Source of the DNA: a virus | Virus record (IMG/VR): IMGVR_UViG_3300009130_000002 | Strand: one strand, 5' to 3' | DNA: 64,000 nucleotides | Shown: piece by piece, positions 9,638 to 20,804 of the stretch | Layout of the letters: each line of letters begins with the position of its first letter | Position numbering within the stretch: the stretch's first letter is position 1 | The notes under the pieces: model-generated | What the model was told of the DNA's origin: nothing | The model's database searches: none | The model's input: the letters and a program-made list of their open reading frames with translations, nothing else | Made by a program: the position numbers and the translations under genes

Positions 9638-11371
9638 ATGGGTAAACATTCAGCTTTCACTCAAGAGCTTGCAAATGCTTTTCCAGAATGGTCAAAGGTA
9701 AGAAACGATCCAGATTCAAATGGCCAACGACTATTAAATGTAATTGCTAATGAGGTAGAAAACCTAGACTTTGCTTTACAAAAAGTAAATAAGAACACGC
9801 TGTTATCTACCAGTAATCTCGCAGAGATAGATCAATTATTTAAAATTCATCTTAATCCAAATTTTGAATTCACCGAAGAAAACAGCAATATAGAAACCGT
9901 GACTTATGTTCCTCCAACAGTTCTGAATGGAACAATAGATGGAACAATGATTTCTTCTGAAGAAGATGATCTTGTTGATACAGCACCCTCAGAACCGAAG
10001 GCAGCTATCAAGGTTGTCAAAGAAGGAAATATCAAATCTTTCTGGGAAGACAGTAAGCCTGATGCAGTTAGTGCTGGAGCGAAAATTCCTTATGGAGGTG
10101 TAGACGAAATAGAAAGCATCACTATCCAAAAGAAGATAGATGAATTATATTCTCTTCCAACAATCCTTCACCCCTTAAGAGACGTTAGGGGAGCAGGTTA
10201 TTTTTACTTCACCCTGGTTGCAGGTCATCCTTATTTCAGAAAAGAAGATGGAAGATTAGCAAGATCACGCATCCTCATAAAAGGAACAAACCGAAGAGGA
10301 GTAGAAGATTCTGAAGTTATTGTTTTTCCTTGGGAAACAACAACAACTAGCAAAAAAGAATGGAGAAGTATAACTAGCATTACCCCGGTAGATATTCTAG
10401 GGAAAACAACTCCTGTTCTTAACTGTGGGGCTTCAAACATTGAAGAAGACTCTTATCTTATCATCTATGCTGATGGTGCCTCAAAAGAAGATTATGCTTC
10501 TCTAACAAATGCCCGTTGGTCAAAAGGTAGAAAAAAGATTGATGAGTTTTGGGGTACAATGCAGGTGGAGAGTAGGGGTGTGCTTGAAAGAGCAGAGTAT
10601 GCTACAGAAGATTGGAAAATGGTAATGAAGGGGAACGTGGGGAAGGTCTCCAAAGACAGGTGGAACCTAAAAGATAGATCCAATAATAACATAAAAGAAA
10701 TAAAAGACATAGAGCTTATTCCTTTTAAAAACCAATGTTGGGCACTTGTTGTAAATTTAGACGATACAGAAAAGCTGTGCTTATATGATCTTGACAAGGA
10801 AAGTAATGATAGTATTAATGAATTAAAGGACTTAACAAAGAATCCTAGTATCAATATACTGGTTGATGATGACGATGTAGTTATTGGCGAAACAATTTCT
10901 TACCATTTGATGCATGAGAAATTTTTGAAAAATATCGCAGGAGTTAAGGTTTCTTATAGCTTTAATGGAACTATAAGTTATTTATCTGGTAACGACACTA
11001 ATTATGATTTGGTTTTTCAGAAAGACAGGATATTGAAATCTGTAGAAACTCCTACATTATTAAATACTGGGGAGTATATCTTGATAGGTGAAGTTCTTTT
11101 CTCTGACAACACGACAGAGGTAATAAAGAAGATAGTAAAAATTAAAGGGAAAAAACCTTTAAAGACATTTGATCTCCAAGCAATGGGAGTCAAGAACAAT
11201 GGGGAGATTCCTTCTGGTTTGTTTTTAGATTCAGATCAAAAGCTCTGGATAAAAACAGATAAAAGTTATCAAGAGGTAAAGACACATAAGAACTTAGCAT
11301 TGTTTGATTATGATAGAAAAGTTATTTACCTACATGAAAAGTATAAAGATTTAACAGTGGAGTACTCGTAA
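9638..11371 (+). CDS. Virion structural protein (baseplate-associated), function unknown
   Basis: 577-aa ORF with SD TAGGAG, in the baseplate operon. N-terminal FPEWSKVRNDPDSNGQRLLN; beta-rich C-terminus. No family recognised with confidence. Confidence 0.55.
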   Translation: MGKHSAFTQELANAFPEWSKVRNDPDSNGQRLLNVIANEVENLDFALQKVNKNTLLSTSNLAEIDQLFKIHLNPNFEFTEENSNIETVTYVPPTVLNGTIDGTMISSEEDDLVDTAPSEPKAAIKVVKEGNIKSFWEDSKPDAVSAGAKIPYGGVDEIESITIQKKIDELYSLPTILHPLRDVRGAGYFYFTLVAGHPYFRKEDGRLARSRILIKGTNRRGVEDSEVIVFPWETTTTSKKEWRSITSITPVDILGKTTPVLNCGASNIEEDSYLIIYADGASKEDYASLTNARWSKGRKKIDEFWGTMQVESRGVLERAEYATEDWKMVMKGNVGKVSKDRWNLKDRSNNNIKEIKDIELIPFKNQCWALVVNLDDTEKLCLYDLDKESNDSINELKDLTKNPSINILVDDDDVVIGETISYHLMHEKFLKNIAGVKVSYSFNGTISYLSGNDTNYDLVFQKDRILKSVETPTLLNTGEYILIGEVLFSDNTTEVIKKIVKIKGKKPLKTFDLQAMGVKNNGEIPSGLFLDSDQKLWIKTDKSYQEVKTHKNLALFDYDRKVIYLHEKYKDLTVEYS

Positions 11372-11377
11372 AAACAA

Positions 11378-12286
11378 ATGCCAACAACTCTTAACTTTAG
11401 CAGTTCTGATTTTGAACAACACCAAGTATTTAATGAGCTAGATAAGCATGGCTTGGCTCTAGGTTTAAAAAGATTAAACGGAGAAAAGAATGCAGAGTAT
11501 AAGCAAAGACTTATGGATGTATTTGTTCATAGAGCTAACTCTAGTTACTTTGGGTTAATACATGGAATAACAAGGGAGCTGGGCTTATCTCTCAATCGAG
11601 AACTACTAATCAAACCAAAAGCAGGGCTTGATTTGAGCGCCAATAATAATATAGGGATTTTATTCAAAGACACAAGGTGCTGCGTATATCAAGATTACTA
11701 CACAGACATACCCCTTAAAGAAATAGAGAGATGGGAAATTGAAGTTGATGCAGGCTACACAGTTACTGATTTGAAAGATGCGATTGAAGCAACGCAACTG
11801 TTTGAGGTAGAGCTTCTTGGAGATGATCCAAGCAGAAGATCAATGTGCATATTTGAACAAACCTCCATAAAGGATATCCGTGGAGAAGAACTAACTGGTA
11901 AGGGAGCAAGAATCAAGCTAGAGAATCAGGGCGTTATAGAGGGTAGCGAGTATCTTGTTTCTAATAATTTACAAAATAAAATTACAGATCCAGCAGCAAC
12001 ATTAGGATCAGGAGACTACAGAATAGATTATGAGGCAGGTGTTCTGGAATGCTTAGATCTCCCAGCGAGCGGATCTTATATTAGCTATCAATGCCGAGAC
12101 GATGAATTCCTTGTGATGTCGAGCCCCATTATTGTTAACAGCTTACAGAACGAACATTTTAAAAAATTCCTATTTAGACAAATACTTCAAACAGACGATA
12201 CATATGAAAATGGATTACCTACTTCTTTTGGTGCAGATATTATTAACGAATTGCTTAGTGTCTATCCCACCACTTATAAGGCTTAA
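11378..12286 (+). CDS. Baseplate wedge protein (gpI/gp48-like N-terminus)
   Basis: LDKHGLALGLKRLNGEKNAEYKQRL is the LD-x-x-G-x-x-x-G-x-x-R...Y-x-x-R motif of wedge subunits. Also carries a DYRIDYEAGVL beta-hairpin motif. Confidence 0.6.
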   Translation: MPTTLNFSSSDFEQHQVFNELDKHGLALGLKRLNGEKNAEYKQRLMDVFVHRANSSYFGLIHGITRELGLSLNRELLIKPKAGLDLSANNNIGILFKDTRCCVYQDYYTDIPLKEIERWEIEVDAGYTVTDLKDAIEATQLFEVELLGDDPSRRSMCIFEQTSIKDIRGEELTGKGARIKLENQGVIEGSEYLVSNNLQNKITDPAATLGSGDYRIDYEAGVLECLDLPASGSYISYQCRDDEFLVMSSPIIVNSLQNEHFKKFLFRQILQTDDTYENGLPTSFGADIINELLSVYPTTYKA

Positions 12287-12288
12287 TT

Positions 12289-14448
12289 GTGAATTTGGAT
12301 CTCTTAATAAATATAGGATCGAGCCCAATTTCTACACAGACAGGGCATCGCTCTAAGTATATAGAAACTCCCCACCCAGGAACCAACAGTAAGATTATGG
12401 GTTGGCAGTGGGGAAAGTTTATGTGGCCAGTATATTCGGACTTGTCTGAATTCTCTTATGTTCCAACGATCTATGATGCTGAATTAAATTTAGATAAACT
12501 ATATTATCAATCAGGTTTTGGATATGAAGACGATATTAAATTGAATAATATCGTTAGAAGAGAAGTCGAACACCTAAAGAAATGGGCCCCAGTAATTAAC
12601 TCTGGAACCTACTATGTTCATGATAGAGAATGGTACCTTTTCAGTGACCAGTATATTACAGAAGCATTAGATGTTACTGCAGGCCACCATGTTTTAGGCA
12701 CCAGAAACAAGGCCTTAACCCCTATCTTTATTAGGAACTATAAGAGGAGCTTACAAACATCTGAGCTTCTTATAAATAAAGAACTAAGATATGCAATTAG
12801 GCTAGATGCAGACGGAACAATGCTACCTCCACAAGAGGGAGAGTTCATAGTTGATACAACTACAGAGCCAACAGAAACACGAATTCAATTATTTGCTAAC
12901 GATGAGACAATCAGTAGTGAAACTCAAGCATTTCAAATTACAGAAGATACTACGAGTTTACAACTTTCAGCATTTCCAGTATCAACAACTAATGCCGATG
13001 CCAACAATTGGAGTGTAGATCTTGACCTTGGAGTTCTCACAAGATTAAACCCTGCAACTGATGGCCTGAATGGAACCTCGGTAACAATAGTTTACACCCC
13101 AAGTTATGTCGTTATATATGAGCCAGAGTTTTCTTCTGGAGAAGTTACTGCAGAAACGGCAAATATCAACCCCCTGCATGTCGGAACAAATAGGGGTTTT
13201 ATTCAAATCACAACAGAGATCTTAGATCCCTTCAGTATAGAATTAGAAACAGATCTCCCAATAACAAATCCATCGAACTTTCCTTCTTCAGAATATAATT
13301 TGGATTTAGGAAACAACGTTGCTCGCTTAACAGCAACAGTTAGAAATCAAGCAGGTAGCTTACTCGAAGGAATTAGGGTTTTCTTCGATTGGGAGCATGC
13401 TCCTCCTGGAGGCTATGGAGATTATACAGATGATCCTTCGTCCATTACCAATTACAATGGAGAAGCTTACATGTCTTATAGTGCCCCCTCAACAATAAAT
13501 GATATTGGTTCCTACGTTTTAAAAGATGATATTACAGTAGCTAACGGAGGGTCTACCCTTGATATTCCAAATATTGCACAAACAAGTTTAGATAAAATCT
13601 ATATTTATGCAGTCAGTTCTGATGATACATTCATGGGGCTGGATTTTGTAAGCTTACAAAACTATTGGACAGCTGGAACCGGCAACTACTTCACAGATGA
13701 ATTGATCACAGAGGCAGGCATAAATACAAAAGACTATGAAGAAAGTTATCGTCAATATCAGGGGCAATATAGTTTACATGATTTTCATTATCCATATATC
13801 CGACCTTTTGAATTAGTTACAGATCATTCAGGTGAAACCAGAGGTCGAAAGACAATGGTCTTTGTTGAGCGAAATATTGACGGTTCTTATTTGAATCCAA
13901 ATACAGGTGTTAGATCAGATGCAAGCAATGCGATCTGGGAGCCATTAAAGCCTTTCTCTATTACAGAGGGCCCAACAACTACGAGTATTAAATATAGTAT
14001 TGATTTAAAAAACACCAATAACGACCCGCTTGATAATGACAGGATTTTTCAATATTTTGTAGTAGCAAACAGAACTATCAAGATAAAGGCTTGGGCAAAT
14101 AATGCAGCAGGCCAAAGGATTTTTTCTAATGAAATTTTGTTAAATATAATGTTACCTGATAGTCTAAATGGTGTATACTATGCAGAAGCATTGAACAGCT
14201 TGCCTTCTGATTTTATTGATGGTTTACTCACTAGCAAGTCAGAGGTGCCAGATCATATAGATGATCCATTTAAAGAAGAGTGGGATGACAACAATCCCAA
14301 TGCTACAACAGATGTAACTTCTGTTTCGATTACTCCAGATGCTAATCCCGCAGTGATTCCATTAGGATTTAGAATTGCAAACCCCCAAGGGATTACAGTA
14401 GCAAGCTTATTAGATAGAATTACATTCCTAACAAAAGAGAATGATTAA
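12289..14448 (+). CDS. Virion structural protein with Ig-like (Big_1-type) domain
   Basis: GTG start 2 nt after the upstream stop. ARLTATVRNQAGSLLEGIRVFF...SSITNYNGEAYMSYSAP (about 13320-13490) is the invasin/intimin Big_1 pattern. Confidence 0.6.
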   Translation: MNLDLLINIGSSPISTQTGHRSKYIETPHPGTNSKIMGWQWGKFMWPVYSDLSEFSYVPTIYDAELNLDKLYYQSGFGYEDDIKLNNIVRREVEHLKKWAPVINSGTYYVHDREWYLFSDQYITEALDVTAGHHVLGTRNKALTPIFIRNYKRSLQTSELLINKELRYAIRLDADGTMLPPQEGEFIVDTTTEPTETRIQLFANDETISSETQAFQITEDTTSLQLSAFPVSTTNADANNWSVDLDLGVLTRLNPATDGLNGTSVTIVYTPSYVVIYEPEFSSGEVTAETANINPLHVGTNRGFIQITTEILDPFSIELETDLPITNPSNFPSSEYNLDLGNNVARLTATVRNQAGSLLEGIRVFFDWEHAPPGGYGDYTDDPSSITNYNGEAYMSYSAPSTINDIGSYVLKDDITVANGGSTLDIPNIAQTSLDKIYIYAVSSDDTFMGLDFVSLQNYWTAGTGNYFTDELITEAGINTKDYEESYRQYQGQYSLHDFHYPYIRPFELVTDHSGETRGRKTMVFVERNIDGSYLNPNTGVRSDASNAIWEPLKPFSITEGPTTTSIKYSIDLKNTNNDPLDNDRIFQYFVVANRTIKIKAWANNAAGQRIFSNEILLNIMLPDSLNGVYYAEALNSLPSDFIDGLLTSKSEVPDHIDDPFKEEWDDNNPNATTDVTSVSITPDANPAVIPLGFRIANPQGITVASLLDRITFLTKEND

Positions 14449-14468
14449 AGTTTAAAGAGGTAACAGCA

Positions 14469-17400
14469 ATGGCTGATAAATTAAGAACAACATATCCAGT
14501 AGAAGTAGTATTTACTCCAGGTGAACAACCTAGTGCTGAAAAATTAACAGCAGTATCAACCCAAGCAAAGACAGGCATGCGTATCATTGAGAATGCCATT
14601 GGAGATCTTTGGGGAACAGGAGGAGATCCAAACTTTAAAGGCTTAGAAATTCCTTCTCTTGGGCGTGTTGTCGGTCAAAATAGTTATCTAAATCCAGCTT
14701 TATTCTCCTTACAAACAACACTTACGGGAGCAACAAGAGGCCCATTCTATTATATAGAGAGATTGGATGAGGAATTTGCCGGAAAAACTACAGGCTACTT
14801 AACATTTAAACCTCATTACAATTCTAACTATACAGGTGAAACAGGATTTGATGGTTATGGCTTTATTATTTCTGATGGAACTGACGTTTTACTTGATATG
14901 TCTGCGGGAGACCCAGCAAACTCTCAGATGCATCAGGAAGGCCTTATAGGTAATATAGGGGATAACGGATCAATTGATACAAATAAGTATTTTGTTGATT
15001 TAGGCACTGGAAGATTTAGATTTCCAGAGCCTTTTGTTAGTGGAACATTAAAATATATCGGCTATTGGGTTCATCCAGATGACTGGGCTCTTGGGGATAT
15101 TGATGGGCAGGATATTGTTCCTGGAGTTATTCCTGACTTGCGATCACAACCTTCAATGCTTCATATTGAAAGACAAGTAGCAAATCCAGATGTATATCAT
15201 ATCAAAATCCCACAAAGGACTCCTCTTCAAGCCGACGTTTATGATATGGAACAAAAAATTCCAGTTCCATGTCAAGCAAATGGCGTTAATCTAAATGATG
15301 AATCAGTAGGACTTGCAGAGGCTGGATTTTCAGATGCGGAGGCTCCTCGTATCTGGAATACCAGTGATACGCATGTTTCAACTGACCCATCCTTTCATAG
15401 ATATCAAATTCCTTTGTTCACCGCTATGGCTCAGGGTGAGCAAATGAAAGAGGGTTCTATCAAGTTGATAGATAGGGTTTCCAAAGGGGTTGTTCATGGT
15501 CTAGTCTTTAAAAAATTGGATGAGGGTACGATAGAGGTTACAGATAGCTTAAAGTTTTTAGAAAGTCTCTACGACAACGTGGCAGGTAATCCCGCCACAC
15601 TTTATGGAACTTTTCAGTTAATTACGGGAGGTCCTTCATTAAGCAAAAGTGTAGCAATTCTTAGAAATGCTCTTTTTAATCATACCCATGACGGAGGATT
15701 CCAGGAAAATACTATAGATCATAGTGTATTTAAAAATAGCTCTCCAGCAAAAAATCGAGATGATATGGTTTGGACAGCGAGTAATTTCAACCAACCAGAT
15801 GATCATATTCAGTATCTCCATAGAGAAAACTCAGTGGGTGGAGTATATCGAGATCCAAATCGTAACGCTTTTTTAGATGACTTAATCATTGCCCAAGACA
15901 CTCTGGATTCAGCAACAGGCCTATACATAGGCGACCTAACAACACACGGCAGTAACAATATTTACTTTGGTATTGATGCTGGAGATTCCCCACAAATAGG
16001 GGTTACGGCCCCGCAGCTTACTGGAACTTTATGGGCAATTCCTGTAAGCAATCCAGATTATAGTGTTATAGATTTCTCTAACTTGTTTGTTGTTGATGCA
16101 AACGACGATAGGATCGAAGACCCTGGTAGAACCCTAAGGATAGAATCAGGCAATAACTCCAGTATTATTATGGATGGTTTATTAACAACGATTAATTTGC
16201 CATATCGTTATCTGAACTTTGATTCCACTCCCGGAGCTGGAACCATAGAAGCAGAAGATTATTATGACTTGATCACTCCAAAGCTATTAATCACAAAGCC
16301 TTTTGGACCAACAATTGTTAAGCTAAAGGGTTCCCCTTCGGTTACTGGTTATAAACATGGTTTTGGATCTGGTGGTGGAAATGCAATTCTTCATCTAACT
16401 GGTCATGAGGATAATACTACTCATAATTGTGGGCGATTATGGTGGGATGGAAGAAATGAAAAGTTAAAGCTTCAGTGGTTCTCTAATTCGCCTGTATCTT
16501 TCGAAGGCAATTATGGTTTTGATGGTGCAGGGCCAACAGGAGATATAGATACAAGTGGATGGCCTAGCTATACAACCCAACCTACAGCTTTAGAAATTTG
16601 GAAGAAGTATACAGGGTTGCAAAGCTTGATAGCTTCTTCTAATCCAAATAATTCTCAGCTTTATGATGATTTAACCCCAGTTACAAATAGCGATATTGGC
16701 AGTGCATCTTATGGTGATGTAACTGGTCAACTCCTGGGGCTTGCAGAACTAGAAAAAAATACAGTTAGATCTGAAGGCCCAATTCAAACAAAAAGTCTTT
16801 TTATTGAATATAGGTTAGATGAAGATAGCGGATTTACAGACTACTCAACGACCACACTTAATCAAGGAAACAGTGGAGAGTTGTTGGCAGCAAAAGTTTG
16901 GTATTATCTTTCTCTTAAAATTGAAGACAATATAGCTCCAGGAAACAGATCGTGGAGTGAACCTGGACTAATTGGGACTTCTGTCAAAGAAGAAACAGGA
17001 ACAGGCTCTACTATTAGTGTTTCGTGCAAAGTTCCAGCAAATATATATGAGTATGCTATCTTTAGAAAAGTTCAAATAATGAATACGAGTGATCCTTTTC
17101 AGTATCGTGTTTTTCGAGGAAGAACTTTTCGAAGCGAAGAAGAAAGAAGAGATCATTTTACTTCAGTAGCACCAGCAGAATATAAAACAATTGAATTCGA
17201 AGACTGGACTAATTACGATGAGAACTTGCACGATGATGGTCTTTATCAGAGCAAGTGGTCTACAACAAACCAAAAAGGTCTGATTCCTTTTTTTGCTGGT
17301 GAAGTAAAGTGGAATACTCAGATGGTATTGAACTCTGAAGAAAATGCTACAAATAACCTTCTGCTTCTTGGCAACTTTCCTCCAGAAATTATCACAACCC

Positions 17401-18671
17401 AAAATGAAACAGATCATTTAGGCGCAACAAGCAGTTTTGAATTAGGAAAGAAATTCCATATCACAGAAGGTGGAGACCTATTTCTCGCAGGCAAGTTAAA
17501 AACTCTTGGGAGTATTGAAAACTTAAATGCAAGTGGAGTTTTAAAAGCAAGAGAGTTAGGGTTAAGAGAACAAAAATTTGAAGGTCTTGCAAAGATTCAT
17601 GATGGAAACAACCTTGGGGCAGCTATAGCGAATAGCGGAAAGTGGCATTCTTATAAGGCAAGCATAAAGAGCATTAAGCAAGAAGCCATAGTCACTCCAA
17701 TTCAATTCAGTGTTGGGAATGGAGTTGATAAGCTTCTCTTAAGAGATGAGGTTGGTAATGCAATTGACGGCACTAGTATCCCATTAACTCTTCCTAACAG
17801 CACAAATGGTGATGGTAGCCTTCAAGATAGATTTTACTTAGGATTCCATCCTTTTTCTGGTGTAGCCGGAATGAATAATACATCACCTCTCAACCTCAGG
17901 TGCCCCTCCTTGAGAGAGGTTACAGCGTCTTTGAACCTAGATGCTAACCTAGAACCTGGCAGTGATTGGAAAGCACCAATCGCAGCAAGACGTGAATCTG
18001 GTATTTCTGATTATTATGGAGATATATTAACAGTAATTGCAGATTTTGGACAAGCAACAACTGAAACAGGAGCCCCCCTTGTCAGTTTAGGAGCTTGCGA
18101 GGGACTGTCACATAAGAAAATCTTAAATGTAACGCCTTCTCAGCACTTTTATACTGGTCCTTATTCTCATTTTGATCATCACATGAGTGCAAACTATAAG
18201 TATAAGGTATCTAGTTATTTTGATTTTATCGGGTGGGAGGTTTCACCAATTAGGTATTTTGAATTACATCAAGATGACGGTGTTACTGATCAAACCACTT
18301 TAAATATGAATCAGGCTCATCCATGGAAATTTTCAAGCAATCAGTTTTTAAAATTGCATTTTCGATGCACTCATCAGGATAGACATCGAACTTCAACTAC
18401 CAGCGAAGGCTCTACAACAAATTATGATTATGATATTTTTTCACTAGGAGGGCAAAATGGGGGAACTGCGGGCCCGAATGGAAGCAAGCGCCTCGGCCTT
18501 GACTGGAAGATCCCAGATCCGAATAATCCAGGACAATTTATAGATTCAGATAGTATCCCAAGCTATATTCTTGGTCAGTTAAAATTTAAGGTTACTTACA
18601 TTGAGGCAGGAGAATATAATGAGACAGTGGGTGGCGGATCTTGGTTACCTAATATTGGAGATATATTCTAA
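14469..18671 (+). CDS. Large virion structural / proximal fibre protein (1400 aa)
   Basis: SD GAGGT. N-terminal FTPGEQPSAEKL anchor-like segment. Central LFNHTHDGG and DDHIQYLHRE motifs typical of trimeric fibre shafts. Confidence 0.55.
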   Translation: MADKLRTTYPVEVVFTPGEQPSAEKLTAVSTQAKTGMRIIENAIGDLWGTGGDPNFKGLEIPSLGRVVGQNSYLNPALFSLQTTLTGATRGPFYYIERLDEEFAGKTTGYLTFKPHYNSNYTGETGFDGYGFIISDGTDVLLDMSAGDPANSQMHQEGLIGNIGDNGSIDTNKYFVDLGTGRFRFPEPFVSGTLKYIGYWVHPDDWALGDIDGQDIVPGVIPDLRSQPSMLHIERQVANPDVYHIKIPQRTPLQADVYDMEQKIPVPCQANGVNLNDESVGLAEAGFSDAEAPRIWNTSDTHVSTDPSFHRYQIPLFTAMAQGEQMKEGSIKLIDRVSKGVVHGLVFKKLDEGTIEVTDSLKFLESLYDNVAGNPATLYGTFQLITGGPSLSKSVAILRNALFNHTHDGGFQENTIDHSVFKNSSPAKNRDDMVWTASNFNQPDDHIQYLHRENSVGGVYRDPNRNAFLDDLIIAQDTLDSATGLYIGDLTTHGSNNIYFGIDAGDSPQIGVTAPQLTGTLWAIPVSNPDYSVIDFSNLFVVDANDDRIEDPGRTLRIESGNNSSIIMDGLLTTINLPYRYLNFDSTPGAGTIEAEDYYDLITPKLLITKPFGPTIVKLKGSPSVTGYKHGFGSGGGNAILHLTGHEDNTTHNCGRLWWDGRNEKLKLQWFSNSPVSFEGNYGFDGAGPTGDIDTSGWPSYTTQPTALEIWKKYTGLQSLIASSNPNNSQLYDDLTPVTNSDIGSASYGDVTGQLLGLAELEKNTVRSEGPIQTKSLFIEYRLDEDSGFTDYSTTTLNQGNSGELLAAKVWYYLSLKIEDNIAPGNRSWSEPGLIGTSVKEETGTGSTISVSCKVPANIYEYAIFRKVQIMNTSDPFQYRVFRGRTFRSEEERRDHFTSVAPAEYKTIEFEDWTNYDENLHDDGLYQSKWSTTNQKGLIPFFAGEVKWNTQMVLNSEENATNNLLLLGNFPPEIITTQNETDHLGATSSFELGKKFHITEGGDLFLAGKLKTLGSIENLNASGVLKARELGLREQKFEGLAKIHDGNNLGAAIANSGKWHSYKASIKSIKQEAIVTPIQFSVGNGVDKLLLRDEVGNAIDGTSIPLTLPNSTNGDGSLQDRFYLGFHPFSGVAGMNNTSPLNLRCPSLREVTASLNLDANLEPGSDWKAPIAARRESGISDYYGDILTVIADFGQATTETGAPLVSLGACEGLSHKKILNVTPSQHFYTGPYSHFDHHMSANYKYKVSSYFDFIGWEVSPIRYFELHQDDGVTDQTTLNMNQAHPWKFSSNQFLKLHFRCTHQDRHRTSTTSEGSTTNYDYDIFSLGGQNGGTAGPNGSKRLGLDWKIPDPNNPGQFIDSDSIPSYILGQLKFKVTYIEAGEYNETVGGGSWLPNIGDIF

Positions 18672-18683
18672 GGATAAATCAAC

Positions 18684-20801
18684 ATGGATATAGATTTATT
18701 TATCAACATAATCAAAAGACCTGAACTTGTTTGTTACAAGGGGAGGGTTAGTCCGCAATCAGCAAGCATTGCTTATGCTGGAAGTCAACAGCTATCTTCT
18801 GATGCTAACATGTCTATTGAGGATAAGTCTGGATTTATTTACGCCAATAAAATCACACAAAACCATATAATTAACTTTGAAAATGAGAATACGTTTAACT
18901 CTCCTGTTGATAATTTTCTAATCACAGATCGTTATAATATTGCCCTGGATTCTTCAGGCTCATTAAAAAAGACTCCCTTGTTTCACAAACACAAGCTTAA
19001 GCAATTTGCAGATCCCGCAGACGAAATTAAAAATATAAAAATATTCGATGATCTCATGAATGAAGTAACTGTTAGTGAGTTTACCTTAGATCAAGAAGAG
19101 GGTTATTTTTATTCCAACCTTGAAAGCTTTTACAATGTAACACCAGACAACACTGAAGACCCCGATGCAACAGAATACACATTCTTTTATATACAATACA
19201 CAATAAAGGATGCAACATCACAAAAGACATATGTTGAGTTGATGGATAATGAGGAGATTTTTCGAGAAGCAATATGGGAAGATTTTGGAACAGACAACCT
19301 TTTGCTTCCAGGAACACAAGCATATCTGATCAGTCCAGTCCCTGGTGATGGAGGATTCCAAATTGACCTACCTGTCTCAACAACCTTTTCTTATATAATT
19401 AAAGACAAGAATAGGTTGCAGTGCCTCTGGCCACCATCAAGAGATATTAGCAAGCCTTGGTATATTAGGGTAACAAATGGAAGGTTACAATATGCAGGTC
19501 TACCAAGATATCAAGTTTCTCCTGAACAATTTTTAGCTCAAGATTTCGATCCAACATTCGGAATAAAAAGAATCATCAAAGAGCCAGCAACTATTATTAA
19601 TAAAAAAGTAGTGAAGGTTGGCTATGAAAATATTCATCAAGCAGATGAACTCTATGTAGATCTAACAATAACAAATGAAGCTGGGGAATCTAAAGGACAG
19701 TTCAGTACAAATCCACAGCTACCTGCAGGATATACAGCCTGGAGTCTAAGCAATAGGCTTGGAATTAAAAGCATAGATCATGCAACAGGCTTTATTGAAA
19801 TAGAAGGAATTGATCTTGTAGCCACAGATACTGTTCTTTGTGATTATTATTATCTAGAAGATAAATATGAGTTTACAAAAATAGATTTTAATCCAATTTC
19901 AAATGGTGATATTTTAAAATACAGAACAGTTATCTATATAGATCCAAGCCCTGTTCCGCCTGATGTTGATACTTTAAAATACATTCAATTCAATCTAGAT
20001 GGGACAGGTGTTGATGGAGGGTTAAGCTATAACGATTGGATGTATTTAAATACTATCCAGGGTGTAAATTTTAATTCCAGTGGACAGCCAAATAGAACTT
20101 ATTTTGTTTTAGCAGATATTGTTGTTGGAGAAGCAAAAGCTATAAAAGATACCGTTACCTTAGATGTCCGTGTCTTTGGTGGAGGAGTTAAAGAGAGCAA
20201 AGCAGAAGAAGTTGAGGCAGCCTATCCAGATTACGATCATTTCTGGGATAAGGCATCTTGGGATGGAAAGCCCTACCCTGGGAATCTTTGTTATTATCTT
20301 CAGATTCCATTAAAGGGACTTATCAAGGGAGCAGGAGGAGAATATTCATTCGATCAAATACAGCCAATCTTAACAAGGCACACCTCCTGTGGTGCATATG
20401 GAGTTACTCGTGGATATGGAGTCGATGCGAAAATTAAAAATATAGAGTTTGCTATTGATCCAAATGATTCAACAAAAACACAAGCTACTGTTGTTTGGAA
20501 TGGGATAGGCAATTACACCTATAATATCAATTACAGACAGCTTGGTGCACAGTGGGGACCAACACAAGGAACAGATGCTGGGGTAAGTGATTCGCATAAA
20601 GTCGTGCAAAGAGAGATGACTTTTTCGTTAACTCCAAACCTTACTTATGAGTTTGCGGTTATCGGTGTGGATGATATAGCAGGCACCGATACAGAACTAA
20701 TCACACAGCATATAAACAAAACGAATTCTGGAATGAAAACACTTGTAGATGAATTAGATTCTTTACAGAGCTTACAGGTTTTTGTTCCCTCCCTAGGATA
20801 G
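18684..20801 (+). CDS. Virion structural protein with C-terminal fibronectin-III-like domain
   Basis: QATVVWNGIGNYTYNINYRQ...LTPNLTYEFAVIGVD (about 20480-20680) fits FN3. N-terminus MDIDLFINI echoes MNLDLLINI of the gene at 12289. Confidence 0.55.
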   Translation: MDIDLFINIIKRPELVCYKGRVSPQSASIAYAGSQQLSSDANMSIEDKSGFIYANKITQNHIINFENENTFNSPVDNFLITDRYNIALDSSGSLKKTPLFHKHKLKQFADPADEIKNIKIFDDLMNEVTVSEFTLDQEEGYFYSNLESFYNVTPDNTEDPDATEYTFFYIQYTIKDATSQKTYVELMDNEEIFREAIWEDFGTDNLLLPGTQAYLISPVPGDGGFQIDLPVSTTFSYIIKDKNRLQCLWPPSRDISKPWYIRVTNGRLQYAGLPRYQVSPEQFLAQDFDPTFGIKRIIKEPATIINKKVVKVGYENIHQADELYVDLTITNEAGESKGQFSTNPQLPAGYTAWSLSNRLGIKSIDHATGFIEIEGIDLVATDTVLCDYYYLEDKYEFTKIDFNPISNGDILKYRTVIYIDPSPVPPDVDTLKYIQFNLDGTGVDGGLSYNDWMYLNTIQGVNFNSSGQPNRTYFVLADIVVGEAKAIKDTVTLDVRVFGGGVKESKAEEVEAAYPDYDHFWDKASWDGKPYPGNLCYYLQIPLKGLIKGAGGEYSFDQIQPILTRHTSCGAYGVTRGYGVDAKIKNIEFAIDPNDSTKTQATVVWNGIGNYTYNINYRQLGAQWGPTQGTDAGVSDSHKVVQREMTFSLTPNLTYEFAVIGVDDIAGTDTELITQHINKTNSGMKTLVDELDSLQSLQVFVPSLG

Positions 20802-20804
20802 ATT

